DNA of 10,517 nt. Origin: a virus. Taxonomy: Duplodnaviria; Heunggongvirae; Uroviricota; Caudoviricetes. The notes under the pieces were generated by a model, which did not search any database, was not told the DNA's origin, and was given only the letters and a program-made list of their open reading frames with translations. The position numbers were made by a program, and so were the translations under genes. Every line of letters starts with the position of its first letter. The stretch's first letter is position 1. The stretch lies in IMG/VR virus record IMGVR_UViG_2585427755_000006. The stretch is one strand, 5' to 3'. Shown one piece after another: positions 1-7,213 of this stretch.

Positions 1-91
1 TAGACTGGCCCCCTGAATCTCCAGACAACCAATATCACTTAAATAAGTGATAGTCTTAATACTAGTTTTTAGACTAGTCATTGGAGAGCAG

Positions 92-457
92 ATGATTGAT
101 GTCTTAGGACCGGAGAAACGCAGACGGCGTACTACACAGGAAAAGATCGCTATTGTTCAGCAGAGTTTTGAACCGGGAATGACGGTCTCCCTTGTTGCCC
201 GGCAACACGGTGTGGCAGCCAGCCAGTTATTTCTCTGGCGCAAGCAATACCAGGAGGGAAGTCTTACTGCTGTGGCCGCAGGAGAGCAGGTCGTTCCTGC
301 CTCTGAACTTGCTGCTGCCATGAAGCAGATTAAAGAACTCCAGCGCCTGCTCGGCAAAAAAACGATGGAAAATGAACTCCTTAAAGAAGCCGTTGAATAC
401 GGGCGTGCAAAAAAGTGGATAGCGCACGCGCCCTTATTGCCCGGGGATGGGGAGTAA
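92..457 (+). CDS. insC: IS2 transposase OrfA (InsC), 121 aa, HTH DNA-binding
   Basis: ATG at 92 after GGAGAG RBS. Translation [40 protein letters not shown]... matches recalled InsC. The track ORF from 47 is an upstream GTG extension. Confidence 0.9.
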
Positions 458-1320
458 GCTTAGTCAGCCGTTGTCTCCGGGTGTCGCGTGCGCAGTTGCA
501 CGTAATTCTCAGACGAACCGATGACTGGAAAGATGGTCGCCGCAGCCGTCACTCAGATGATACGGATGTGCTTCTCCGTATACACCATGTTATCGGAGAG
601 CTGCCCACGTATGGTTATCGTCGGGTATGGGCGCTGCTTCGCAGACAGGCCGAACTTGATGGTATGCCTGCGATCAATGCCAAACGTGTTTACCGGATCA
701 TGCGCCAGAATGCGCTGTTGCTTGAGCGAAAAACCGCTGTACCGCCATCGAAACGGGCACATACTGGCAAAGTGGCCGTGAAAGAAAGCAATCAACGATG
801 GTGCTCTGACGGGTTCGAGTTCCGCTGTGATAACGGAGAAAAACTGCGAGTCACGTTCGCGCTGGACTGCTGTGACCGTGAGGCACTGCACTGGGCAGTC
901 ACTACGGGCGGCTTCGACAGTGAAACAGTACAGGACGTAATGCTGGGAGCGGTGGAACGCCGCTTCGGCAACGAGCTTCCGGCGTCTCCAGTAGAGTGGC
1001 TGACGGATAATGGTTCATGCTACCGGGCTAATGAAACACGGCAGTTTGCCCGGATGTTGGGGCTTGAACCGAAGAACACGGCGGTGCGGAGTCCGGAGAG
1101 TAACGGCATAGCAGAGAGCTTCGTGAAAACGATAAAGCGTGACTACATCAGTATCATGCCTAAACCAGACGGGTTAACGGCAGCAAAGAACCTTGCAGAG
1201 GCGTTCGAGCATTATAACGAATGGCATCCGCATAGTGCACTGGGTTATCGCTCGCCACGGGAATATCTGCGGCAGCAGGCCAGTAATGGGTTAAGTGATA
1301 ACAGGTGTCTGGAAATATAG
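415..1320 (+). CDS. insD: IS2 transposase OrfB (InsD), 301 aa, DDE catalytic domain; expressed as InsCD fusion by -1 frameshift
   Basis: Translation [23 protein letters not shown]...NRCLEI matches recalled InsD. Overlaps insC in the -1 frame with slippery CAAAAAAG at 408-415. Confidence 0.9.
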
Positions 1321-1658
1321 GGGCAAATCCACATCCCTTCAATTATACCCTCAGCCTTCTGTAACCTTTTCCCGATATAACCATCAGAGCAGCAATGCTT
1401 ACCTGCCAGTGACATGAATGTCATACCGACTACATAATAATCTACTAATAAATCGTGCAAATCGCTGTTGTTCTTTTTCAGACGGGCCATGCACCCGCAA
1501 ATGATCATCGCGTCATCGTCACAACATTGCGGGCGAGATTTTACTTTTGAAGGAATTAATCCCTTAAAACCGGCGGCAATGGACGACCAGGTCACATCTT
1601 CATGATTATTAGCCGCCCACGCTCCCCAACGCTCAAGAACCATCTGAATATCACGCAT
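1245..1658 (-). pseudogene. quuD: Q-family antiterminator quuD, C-terminally truncated by IS2; first 109 codons intact (1332-1658) then 28 IS2-derived codons to stop at 1245
   Basis: ATG at 1656-1658 with GGAG RBS. Translation [26 protein letters not shown]...KAEGIIEGM matches recalled K-12 QuuD to residue 109. The next codon TGG is the first base of the IS2 right end (1331). The track's MWSKL start is an in-frame TTG and was rejected. Confidence 0.7.
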
Positions 1659-1743
1659 CAACTTACTCCACAAAAATCAGACCAGAACGCCAATTACAAG
1701 CAAAAATCAATAAAACAGTATTAGTTGATTGTTATCTCTGACT

Positions 1744-1884
1744 TCATACTCCTGCTCCTGTCAGGGTTTTGGCGTAATTCCTCAGTATTCGGTAATCGGT
1801 CAAAACAGAACTGGGGAAACGATATAAGCGCAGGCGCATCCAGCGGTGGCGAAGAAGTTCTGCCATATTAAACTCAAACATCAT
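1744..1884 (-). CDS. ylcG: Small DLP12-type protein YlcG (46 aa)
   Basis: Hand translation [49 protein letters not shown] overlaps the rusA stop (ATGA). Below the track's length cutoff. Confidence 0.55.
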   Translation of the reverse strand: MMFEFNMAELLRHRWMRLRLYRFPSSVLTDYRILRNYAKTLTGAGV

Positions 1885-2243
1885 TCATTCCCCATTTCGG
1901 TGATGGTCAGTTCCAGCCTCCCACCTTTGGTAACAGGCATCTTCACAACGCGGTAATCAACGACCTGAGCATCATCCAGCCAGAAACCTGCTTTAGTGAG
2001 TGCGTCAAAAGCGGCTTTTTGCAGATTATCCAGGTCACGGCGACGGCGATCCGGCATGTGGCACTCAATGCGGATTTTCACAGGCATAGCCAGGCCGATA
2101 TCCAGCATTGCGTTTTTAATGATTCGGGCGACGTTATCGCGGTATGCCTGCCCCTCTGCGCTGACGTGCGTGCGCCCGCGATTATGGCGGTAATAGCGAT
2201 TATTGCTCGGAGGCCAGGGTAATGTGATGCTGTAGGTATTCAC
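1881..2243 (-). CDS. rusA: Holliday junction resolvase RusA (120 aa)
   Basis: Translation [41 protein letters not shown]... matches recalled RusA. GTG start overlaps ybcO stop (GTGA). Confidence 0.9.
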   Translation of the reverse strand: MNTYSITLPWPPSNNRYYRHNRGRTHVSAEGQAYRDNVARIIKNAMLDIGLAMPVKIRIECHMPDRRRRDLDNLQKAAFDALTKAGFWLDDAQVVDYRVVKMPVTKGGRLELTITEMGNE

Positions 2244-2530
2244 GCCTTAATAACCCCCTCTTTCAGCCAGATAACCTGTGTTCTCGCCATACCTTCCAGC
2301 GCGCATTCTTTTGCATACTCAGCATCGACAAAATGTGTGCGGCGGTCGATTTCGTCGTGACAGGCAGAACATGCGATGGTGGCAATCAGGTCTGGCGGTT
2401 TGATACCGGTACCGCACAATCCAGCCAGCCGGATATGTGCCAGTACAGACGTTTCAGAATTGCCATTACATACGCCAGGGATTCTTACCTGGCATTCCCG
2501 ACCACGCGCTGCTTTTCTCAAATCAGCCAT
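2240..2530 (-). CDS. ybcO: YbcO, DUF1364 phage protein (96 aa)
   Basis: Translation [38 protein letters not shown]...; ATG at 2528-2530 lies inside the ninE 3' end. The track ORF is extended upstream to 2569. Confidence 0.8.
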   Translation of the reverse strand: MADLRKAARGRECQVRIPGVCNGNSETSVLAHIRLAGLCGTGIKPPDLIATIACSACHDEIDRRTHFVDAEYAKECALEGMARTQVIWLKEGVIKA

Positions 2531-2693
2531 GATTCCTCCTTGCTGCCAGTCGCAACCATTTTTTATCAACCAGGCTGGCGGTATATCCGAGCAGAGTTGG
2601 TATTTCGGATGGCTTCAGCTCAGGTTTACGCTTACGACGATTTGGTACTTTGTAGATGTGTCCGTTCATGACACGAATAAGCGGTGTAGCCAT
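2523..2693 (-). CDS. ninE: NinE (56 aa)
   Basis: Hand translation [59 protein letters not shown] overlaps ybcN stop (TAATG). Below the track cutoff. Confidence 0.75.
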   Translation of the reverse strand: MATPLIRVMNGHIYKVPNRRKRKPELKPSEIPTLLGYTASLVDKKWLRLAARRNHG

Positions 2694-3148
2694 TACGCCT
2701 CCTGCTTGTCGCGCAGCAGCTGGAACTCGCAGCTCTGCGGAATAGTCAGGTGGCAGCCAATATTCATCGCCCAGGCTTCAACCTTACACAGGAAGACATA
2801 CATCTCTCCGGTATCGAGATCGGAGGTATGACGTAATGACTGAATGGTGGTGATTTCACCGGTTACGACATCAACCAGTTCTTTGGTTTCATAACCGAGA
2901 TAAGTGTGTTTGAGAGCATCTTTTACCCAAGCTGGAGTGGCGAACGTTTTACCCCTGCTGATGAGGTATTCACTGATTTCGCTGTACCACATGTGGCTGA
3001 GTGCATTCTGGGAAAGACTGCGTCTCTCGCGCCATGGTTTAAGCACCATGCGAAAGCATTTGCCGTCCTCCAGATAAGGCTGGATCTGCCGACCGATAGA
3101 GGTGAAGTTACCGCGATGCAGTTTGATGCCATCTTGTGGGAAGTTCAC
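2693..3148 (-). CDS. ybcN: YbcN (151 aa), lambdoid nin-region protein
   Basis: Translation [35 protein letters not shown]... matches recalled YbcN. GTG start at 3146-3148 behind a GGAGGTGA Shine-Dalgarno. Confidence 0.85.
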   Translation of the reverse strand: MNFPQDGIKLHRGNFTSIGRQIQPYLEDGKCFRMVLKPWRERRSLSQNALSHMWYSEISEYLISRGKTFATPAWVKDALKHTYLGYETKELVDVVTGEITTIQSLRHTSDLDTGEMYVFLCKVEAWAMNIGCHLTIPQSCEFQLLRDKQEA

Positions 3149-3246
3149 GCTTCACCTCCGCAGAGATCAAACGCTGGATGCAAGATATCGCAGGTGCATT
3201 TCTGCATCTGTGAAGGGAGAAGATAGTTTGGATTGTATGTGCGCAT
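3145..3246 (-). CDS. ylcH: Small protein YlcH-like (33 aa)
   Basis: Hand translation [33 protein letters not shown]. Stop overlaps ybcN GTG (GTGA). GGGGA RBS 5 nt upstream of ATG at 3244-3246. Matches the 33-aa ylcH slot upstream of ybcN in K-12. Confidence 0.5.
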   Translation of the reverse strand: MRTYNPNYLLPSQMQKCTCDILHPAFDLCGGEA

Positions 3247-3342
3247 AAACGTCCCCGTTTAGCGCAGAAGTCACCGGAGTTGTTCAAGCTCCAATGGCAT
3301 GATTATGGCTGGTTGATTATGGGAAATCAAATGTGCTGAAAA

Positions 3343-3849
3343 TTAGTCTGCCAAGTCTTCCTCAGTCACAACTGGGTAATTCCAAATATCAAAAAAAGCT
3401 ATAGCCTCCTGCCATTTGTTCCATAAATTATCAAGTACTTGTGTAGGTTCCGTACTTTTAAAAACAGAATCAGCCGCATCACCGTTATGAACTTCCTCGT
3501 ACAGTTCCATTATTAGCAGATTAACAAAGTACTGTTTCAACATTAATGCCTGATTACCTTCTTTCTGCTGGCTATCCTGCTTGATGATCTCCATCGCCCG
3601 TACCAGGCACCTGATGATATCCGCTGCATCATTAACGCTCCATTCAGATCCGCGCTTATCTGTAGCTGATGTATTGGCTCTCTCAGCGCAAGCCTTTAAA
3701 GACTCATAAAGGTAAACTCTATTTTGTAGCTGCAGCGCTTTTTTTGACGTGTACCAACTTGCAAGCGCCGACCCCGCTGCGGCTAATGTGCCAAACGCAG
3801 AAATGCCTGCTGCTATTGCACTTAAGTCGGCACTGTCAAAGTTCCACAT
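3343..3849 (-). CDS. Hypothetical 168-aa protein with a single predicted N-terminal transmembrane helix (AIAAGISAFGTLAAAGSALASWY) and an acidic C-terminal domain; no recognised family
   Basis: Clean ORF with ATG at 3847-3849 and AAGGTG RBS. Looks lower in GC than the flanking nin genes (by eye). Sits where K-12 DLP12 has ybcL/ybcM. Confidence 0.7.
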   Translation of the reverse strand: MWNFDSADLSAIAAGISAFGTLAAAGSALASWYTSKKALQLQNRVYLYESLKACAERANTSATDKRGSEWSVNDAADIIRCLVRAMEIIKQDSQQKEGNQALMLKQYFVNLLIMELYEEVHNGDAADSVFKSTEPTQVLDNLWNKWQEAIAFFDIWNYPVVTEEDLAD

Positions 3850-3881
3850 TATCGTTACACCTTATATAAATACCCCTCAGT

Positions 3882-3910
3882 AATATCCAATAAGGTATGT
3901 GAACAATCAA
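3882..3910 (-). promoter_or_regulatory. Candidate sigma70 promoter for the 168-aa gene (-35 TTGATT, 17-bp spacer, -10 GATATT)
   Basis: Minus-strand TTGATTGTTCACATACCTTATTGGATATT about 35 bp upstream of the ATG, directly downstream of the terminator at 4026-4068. Confidence 0.3.
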
Positions 3911-4025
3911 TATAATTTTATCCGTATCGGCACATAGCGATTTGAATGCTACTGGTAATGGTGTCTTTTAGATTATTTCGTCCAGTTTACAGCACCCGTA
4001 TTTTATGAAATGGACTCGCACATTA

Positions 4026-4068
4026 CCCCAAAAAATGCCAGCACTTCCGTCATCGTAGAATGCTGGCA
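4026..4068 (-). terminator. Rho-independent terminator after the 107-aa gene
   Basis: Inverted repeat TGCCAGCA (4036-4043) / TGCTGGCA (4061-4068) followed on the minus strand by TTTTTT (plus-strand A-run 4030-4035), about 20 bp past the stop at 4088. Confidence 0.5.
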
Positions 4069-4087
4069 GTATTTCTAACTAGTGACT

Positions 4088-4411
4088 TTATTGCAACAGA
4101 TTCTGACGGAAATATGGTAACACTCGACTCCACTTATCATCCAGCCACGGCTGGAATTTTACATGTGCCGTTTCTCTGGCGAGGATTGCTCGCGCTCTGG
4201 TGAGTATCTGGGGATATTCTTGCTCGATGGAAGTGAAGCGACCAGCTTCACGATGCTCCGCAACCTGAAGAAGGGGAGTAACGTTCTGGCAGGCGGTTAA
4301 CATCGCATCCCCTGCTCGCCATAACCAGGCGAGTGTGCAAAGTTCGTTATCAGTGAATTGTTTTGTGATTGGGAATTGTTGAACTGCTAGAACGAGAACG
4401 CCAGCATCCAT
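4088..4411 (-). CDS. Hypothetical 107-aa soluble protein; no recognised family
   Basis: ORF MDAGVLVLAVQQFPITKQFTDNELCTLAWLWRAGD... with ATG at 4409-4411 and GGGA RBS. Flanked by its own candidate extended -10 promoter and its own terminator. Confidence 0.65.
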   Translation of the reverse strand: MDAGVLVLAVQQFPITKQFTDNELCTLAWLWRAGDAMLTACQNVTPLLQVAEHREAGRFTSIEQEYPQILTRARAILARETAHVKFQPWLDDKWSRVLPYFRQNLLQ

Positions 4412-4488
4412 TGGCAGTCCCTATAGTAAAACCATAGCTCAGGACGCTTCGTTCAGGATAGATAATTTTATTGTACTTACCTAACTTT

Positions 4489-4500
4489 CTTACTATAGCA
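4489..4500 (-). promoter_or_regulatory. Candidate extended -10 promoter (TGcTATAGT) for the 107-aa gene
   Basis: Minus-strand TGCTATAGT (plus 4492-4500) about 80 bp upstream of the ATG. The -35 is weak, as is common for extended -10 promoters. Confidence 0.3.
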
Positions 4501-4522
4501 CGGTTGAAAAAGTGATTATTAC

Positions 4523-6049
4523 TCAAAAATAAACCTCACCATCAACCATATATTTGAGAGTACTTATCGCCTGCTGGGCGGATATTGTTTTCATTAAAGG
4601 ATAGTGTTTAAAAACAATGCCATTCATAAAATAGATATCACAGGTTTTATTATCTGTATTGATTATGATTTTTTCGAATGTTTTATAGGCAAGTGTACGA
4701 CATAGCTCTCGCCCATTTTTACTGGTTAAGTCAATAGCATGAAAATCACCAAGTGAACTCACCGCTTTACTCTTCAAAGTTTTTAATGATACCGAAGCCC
4801 TTCGTAATTCCTTATCTAATACTCTGATTTTTTCTGCTATAGCGGTAACTTCAGGCGCAACAGATAATGCAGCAATTAAATTATTAATTTTCATCTGGAG
4901 CTCAATAATTTTCAACTCTAAAGTTTCATTAGCATCTTTCTTGTTTTCAACTGGTTGGATTTTGCTACAATTAAAAAGCAACTCATTAATGATATTATAA
5001 TCAACCAAATCTCTCTTTATTGATGGCCTGTCACATCGATGCAGTCTTCTCATCGGACAAACATAATAGCCATGCAAACTTCCAGATACCGCATGAATAA
5101 TCATGGTATTACCACAAGCCTCGCACTTCATAACTGTTCGAAGTAGATTTATCAACATAGGATTTTTGCTACTATTGCTAATACCAAAAGGTGCCAACCG
5201 AATTTCCTGCACAGCGTAAAACAAATCATCTGATATGACTCTGGGATAATAGCCAGCGATTTCACTTATTCCTTTACCTCTTGCACGATATGAAGGTACG
5301 CATATACCTATCAGAGCTTTATTCGCTAATAATTTTTCAATTACAGAAGGCCCCCATGCACTTTCTTTTCCTGAGAAATTTTTTACAGCATGATCATTTA
5401 AATACTTGGCTATTGCATTCAATGAGCGCCTTTCCATCCTGAGTTTAAAAATTAGCTCAATAGTTTTCACCCTGTCGGGGTCTGGAACAAAAGCCGTTCT
5501 TTTGTCATCTAAGGATAGCCATCTAGGACAAGACGCCGTCATAATCGTACCTGATTCCAGTGCATCCTGCCGTTTTTTCTTCCATGATAATTTAACCCGA
5601 CTTGACTTTATCTCGCTTTCTTCATTTGCCCTTTGTGCTATAAGTATGGCTTTTATTAATGAATATGGCTCATTCAAAGAGTCAATATTATAGACTGTAT
5701 TGTCGCAAAGAGTTATAACATCAATACCGTGATTCAAAATCAATTTCAGACGTTCAATCGCTTCACCGACTTTTTCTCTTGAAAGCCTGTCCAGACTTTC
5801 AACTAACAATGTAGTTCCTGGCAATATATAACCATGCTCTATAGCATCTAAAAATTCCGAAAAAGCTCCTGATTGTGCATGCTTTCCTTTGAATGCACTT
5901 AATCCTAAATCTTCATATGTTATGGTATCAAGATAATAATCACTATTTACCTTTAACCATTCAGCAATAAGTCTTCTCTGTCGGTTTAATGAGTCGCCAG
6001 ACATCTGACCTGGTGATGAAAATCGCATATATGCTATGGCTTTTTTCAT
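4523..6049 (-). CDS. ybcK: Large serine recombinase YbcK (508 aa)
   Basis: N-terminal resolvase-type catalytic motif AYMRFSSPGQ, C-terminal cysteine cluster CEACGNTMIIH...YYVCPMRRLHRCD, and a match to recalled K-12 YbcK. AGGTG RBS. AT-rich. Confidence 0.9.
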   Translation of the reverse strand: MKKAIAYMRFSSPGQMSGDSLNRQRRLIAEWLKVNSDYYLDTITYEDLGLSAFKGKHAQSGAFSEFLDAIEHGYILPGTTLLVESLDRLSREKVGEAIERLKLILNHGIDVITLCDNTVYNIDSLNEPYSLIKAILIAQRANEESEIKSSRVKLSWKKKRQDALESGTIMTASCPRWLSLDDKRTAFVPDPDRVKTIELIFKLRMERRSLNAIAKYLNDHAVKNFSGKESAWGPSVIEKLLANKALIGICVPSYRARGKGISEIAGYYPRVISDDLFYAVQEIRLAPFGISNSSKNPMLINLLRTVMKCEACGNTMIIHAVSGSLHGYYVCPMRRLHRCDRPSIKRDLVDYNIINELLFNCSKIQPVENKKDANETLELKIIELQMKINNLIAALSVAPEVTAIAEKIRVLDKELRRASVSLKTLKSKAVSSLGDFHAIDLTSKNGRELCRTLAYKTFEKIIINTDNKTCDIYFMNGIVFKHYPLMKTISAQQAISTLKYMVDGEVYF

Positions 6050-6230
6050 GGTGACACCTGCTAACGTATGTTTTTATAAACCTTAGTGGTGAGATATAAT
6101 TTTTGTTTAATTTTTATTTAAAAAGACAATTAAGGTCACATTATCTTGAATATACAACAATAATCGTATTGCAATTTTCTTACACCATAATCTTGAAAGC
6201 ACAAAAGAATACATAAAAAAAATAAAGACA

Positions 6231-6276
6231 TTAACAAAAAGCATAAAACGAGGCTCATATAAATATAAGAGCCTCC
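6231..6276 (-). terminator. Rho-independent terminator downstream of emrE
   Basis: GAGGCTC (6250-6256) / GAGCCTC (6269-6275) stem with a 12-nt AU loop, followed on the minus strand by GTTTTATGCTTTTTGTT. Confidence 0.4.
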
Positions 6277-6306
6277 ATATTTTAGTCGTTTAGAAACAAA
6301 TTATTT

Positions 6307-6639
6307 TTAATGTGGTGTGCTTCGTGACAATAAATTAATAACCAACACTCCGGCACAAATCAACATCATGCCTATAATGGCTGGCATGTCCAGCCGTTGG
6401 CCGAAAAATCCCCATGACAGTAAGCTAATCAGGACAATACCGACTCCTGACCAGATAGCATAAGCAATCCCTGTAGGAATATAAGCCAGCGTCTGCGCTA
6501 ATAACCAGAATGATGCACAATAACAAATAATTGTACCAACAGATGGCCATAACCGTGTAAAACCTTCTGAAAACTTCATTAAGGTTGTACCAATGACCTC
6601 TGCAAGTATTGCACCACCAAGATAAATATAAGGGTTCAT
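6307..6639 (-). CDS. emrE: SMR-family multidrug efflux transporter EmrE (110 aa, 4 TM helices)
   Basis: Translation MNPYIYLGGAILAEVIGTTLMKFSEGFTRLWPSVG... matches recalled EmrE. The track ORF carries an 18-codon upstream extension. Confidence 0.9.
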   Translation of the reverse strand: MNPYIYLGGAILAEVIGTTLMKFSEGFTRLWPSVGTIICYCASFWLLAQTLAYIPTGIAYAIWSGVGIVLISLLSWGFFGQRLDMPAIIGMMLICAGVLVINLLSRSTPH

Positions 6640-6654
6640 AGCATATTCTTTCCT

Positions 6655-6689
6655 GTTCAAACTGGAGAGAATTGTACTACAGTTTGAAC
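6655..6689. repeat. Perfect 10-bp inverted repeat GTTCAAACTG/CAGTTTGAAC with a 15-nt spacer, between the ren stop and emrE start
   Basis: Read directly from the sequence at 6655-6664 and 6680-6689. Ends about 16 nt before the emrE ATG. No T-tract, so not a terminator. Confidence 0.5.
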
Positions 6690-6706
6690 TCAACTCACCT
6701 GTTTCA

Positions 6707-7009
6707 TCATTGTGTACCCATTGATGTTCTTTTATATACCCTCAATACCCGTTTCATCGCGGCACTCTGGCGACACTCCTTAAAAATCAGATTCGTGCTC
6801 ACCTTTCCTTCCCGTTCTTCTCTGGTAGCGAACCGGTAATACACCGTTCGCCAGACCTTACCATCAACGACCAGGATTCCTGCCCGCGCCATTTTAGCCG
6901 CAGCCTGATTTATGCTGGTTACGGTTGCGCCTGTTACCGCGGCAACGTCCTGTGCACAGAAGCTCTTATGCGTCCCCAGGTAATGAATAATTGCCTCTTT
7001 GCCCGTCAT
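6707..7009 (-). CDS. renD: Lambda Ren-like protein (100 aa)
   Basis: Translation MTGKEAIIHYLGTHKSFCAQDVAAVTGATVTSINQAAAKMARAG... matches recalled lambda Ren. ATG overlaps an upstream in-frame stop (ATGA), as at the lambda P/ren junction. Confidence 0.8.
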   Translation of the reverse strand: MTGKEAIIHYLGTHKSFCAQDVAAVTGATVTSINQAAAKMARAGILVVDGKVWRTVYYRFATREEREGKVSTNLIFKECRQSAAMKRVLRVYKRTSMGTQ

Positions 7010-7104
7010 ACACTTGCTCCTTTCAGTCCGAACTTAGCTTTAATTTCTGCGATCTTCGCCAGAGCCTGTGCACGATTTAGAGGTTTAGGCGCAATCACTT
7101 TCGT
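7006..7104 (-). pseudogene. Probable 3' remnant of replication gene P (last ~32 codons)
   Basis: Minus-strand frame open from 7104 to the stop at 7006-7008, translating ...TKVIAPKPLNRAQALAKIAEIKAKFGLKGASV*. No start codon; an in-frame TAG sits at 7105-7107. Assignment to P is from the lambda P-ren gene order and coupling, not from a verified match. Confidence 0.4.
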
Positions 7105-7213
7105 CTACTCCGTTACAAAGCGAGGCTGGGTATTTCCCGGCCTTTCTGTAATCCGAAATCCCCTGAAAGCACAGCGGCTGGCTGAGGAGATAAATAATAA
7201 ATGGGGGGGCTGT

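Larger units (their letters stand above)
1..1331 (+). mobile_element. Complete IS2 insertion sequence (1331 bp)
   Basis: Window opens with the IS2 left terminus TAGACTGGCCCCCTGAATCTCCAGAC. The matching right inverted repeat TGTCTGGAAATATAGGGGCAAATCCA ends at 1331. Encodes InsC and InsD with the A6G slippery site at 409-415. Confidence 0.9.

Noticed and set aside
157-891. Track ORFs inside IS2 (157-357 minus, 227-427 minus, 521-781 plus, 553-891 minus)
   Set aside because: They overlap the well-established insC/insD frames on the opposite strand or in another frame. No RBS and no recognisable product.
1160-1342. 60-aa minus-strand ORF across the IS2 right end
   Set aside because: Lies antisense within insD and spans the IS2 boundary; chance frame.
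1659-1673. MWSKL N-terminal extension of quuD in the track ORF
   Set aside because: It begins at an in-frame TTG; the ATG at 1656-1658 with a GGAG RBS gives the expected Q N-terminus MRDIQ.
1996-3226. Plus-strand track ORFs (1996-2193, 2019-2222, 2333-2671, 2376-2831, 2906-3226) and minus ORF 2923-3132
   Set aside because: All lie antisense to, or out of frame within, the recognisable rusA, ybcO, ninE and ybcN genes.
3669-3869. 66-aa plus-strand ORF antisense to the 168-aa gene
   Set aside because: Fully contained in the longer, RBS-supported minus-strand gene.
5406-5693. 95-aa plus-strand ORF inside ybcK
   Set aside because: Antisense to the serine recombinase gene; AT-rich DNA readily gives chance open frames.
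6968-7213. 82-codon upstream extension of the 7214 gene in the track (ORF 6968-7405)
   Set aside because: The extension overlaps ren and the P remnant on the opposite strand and has no RBS. The ATG at 7214 follows a strong GGGGGGG Shine-Dalgarno.
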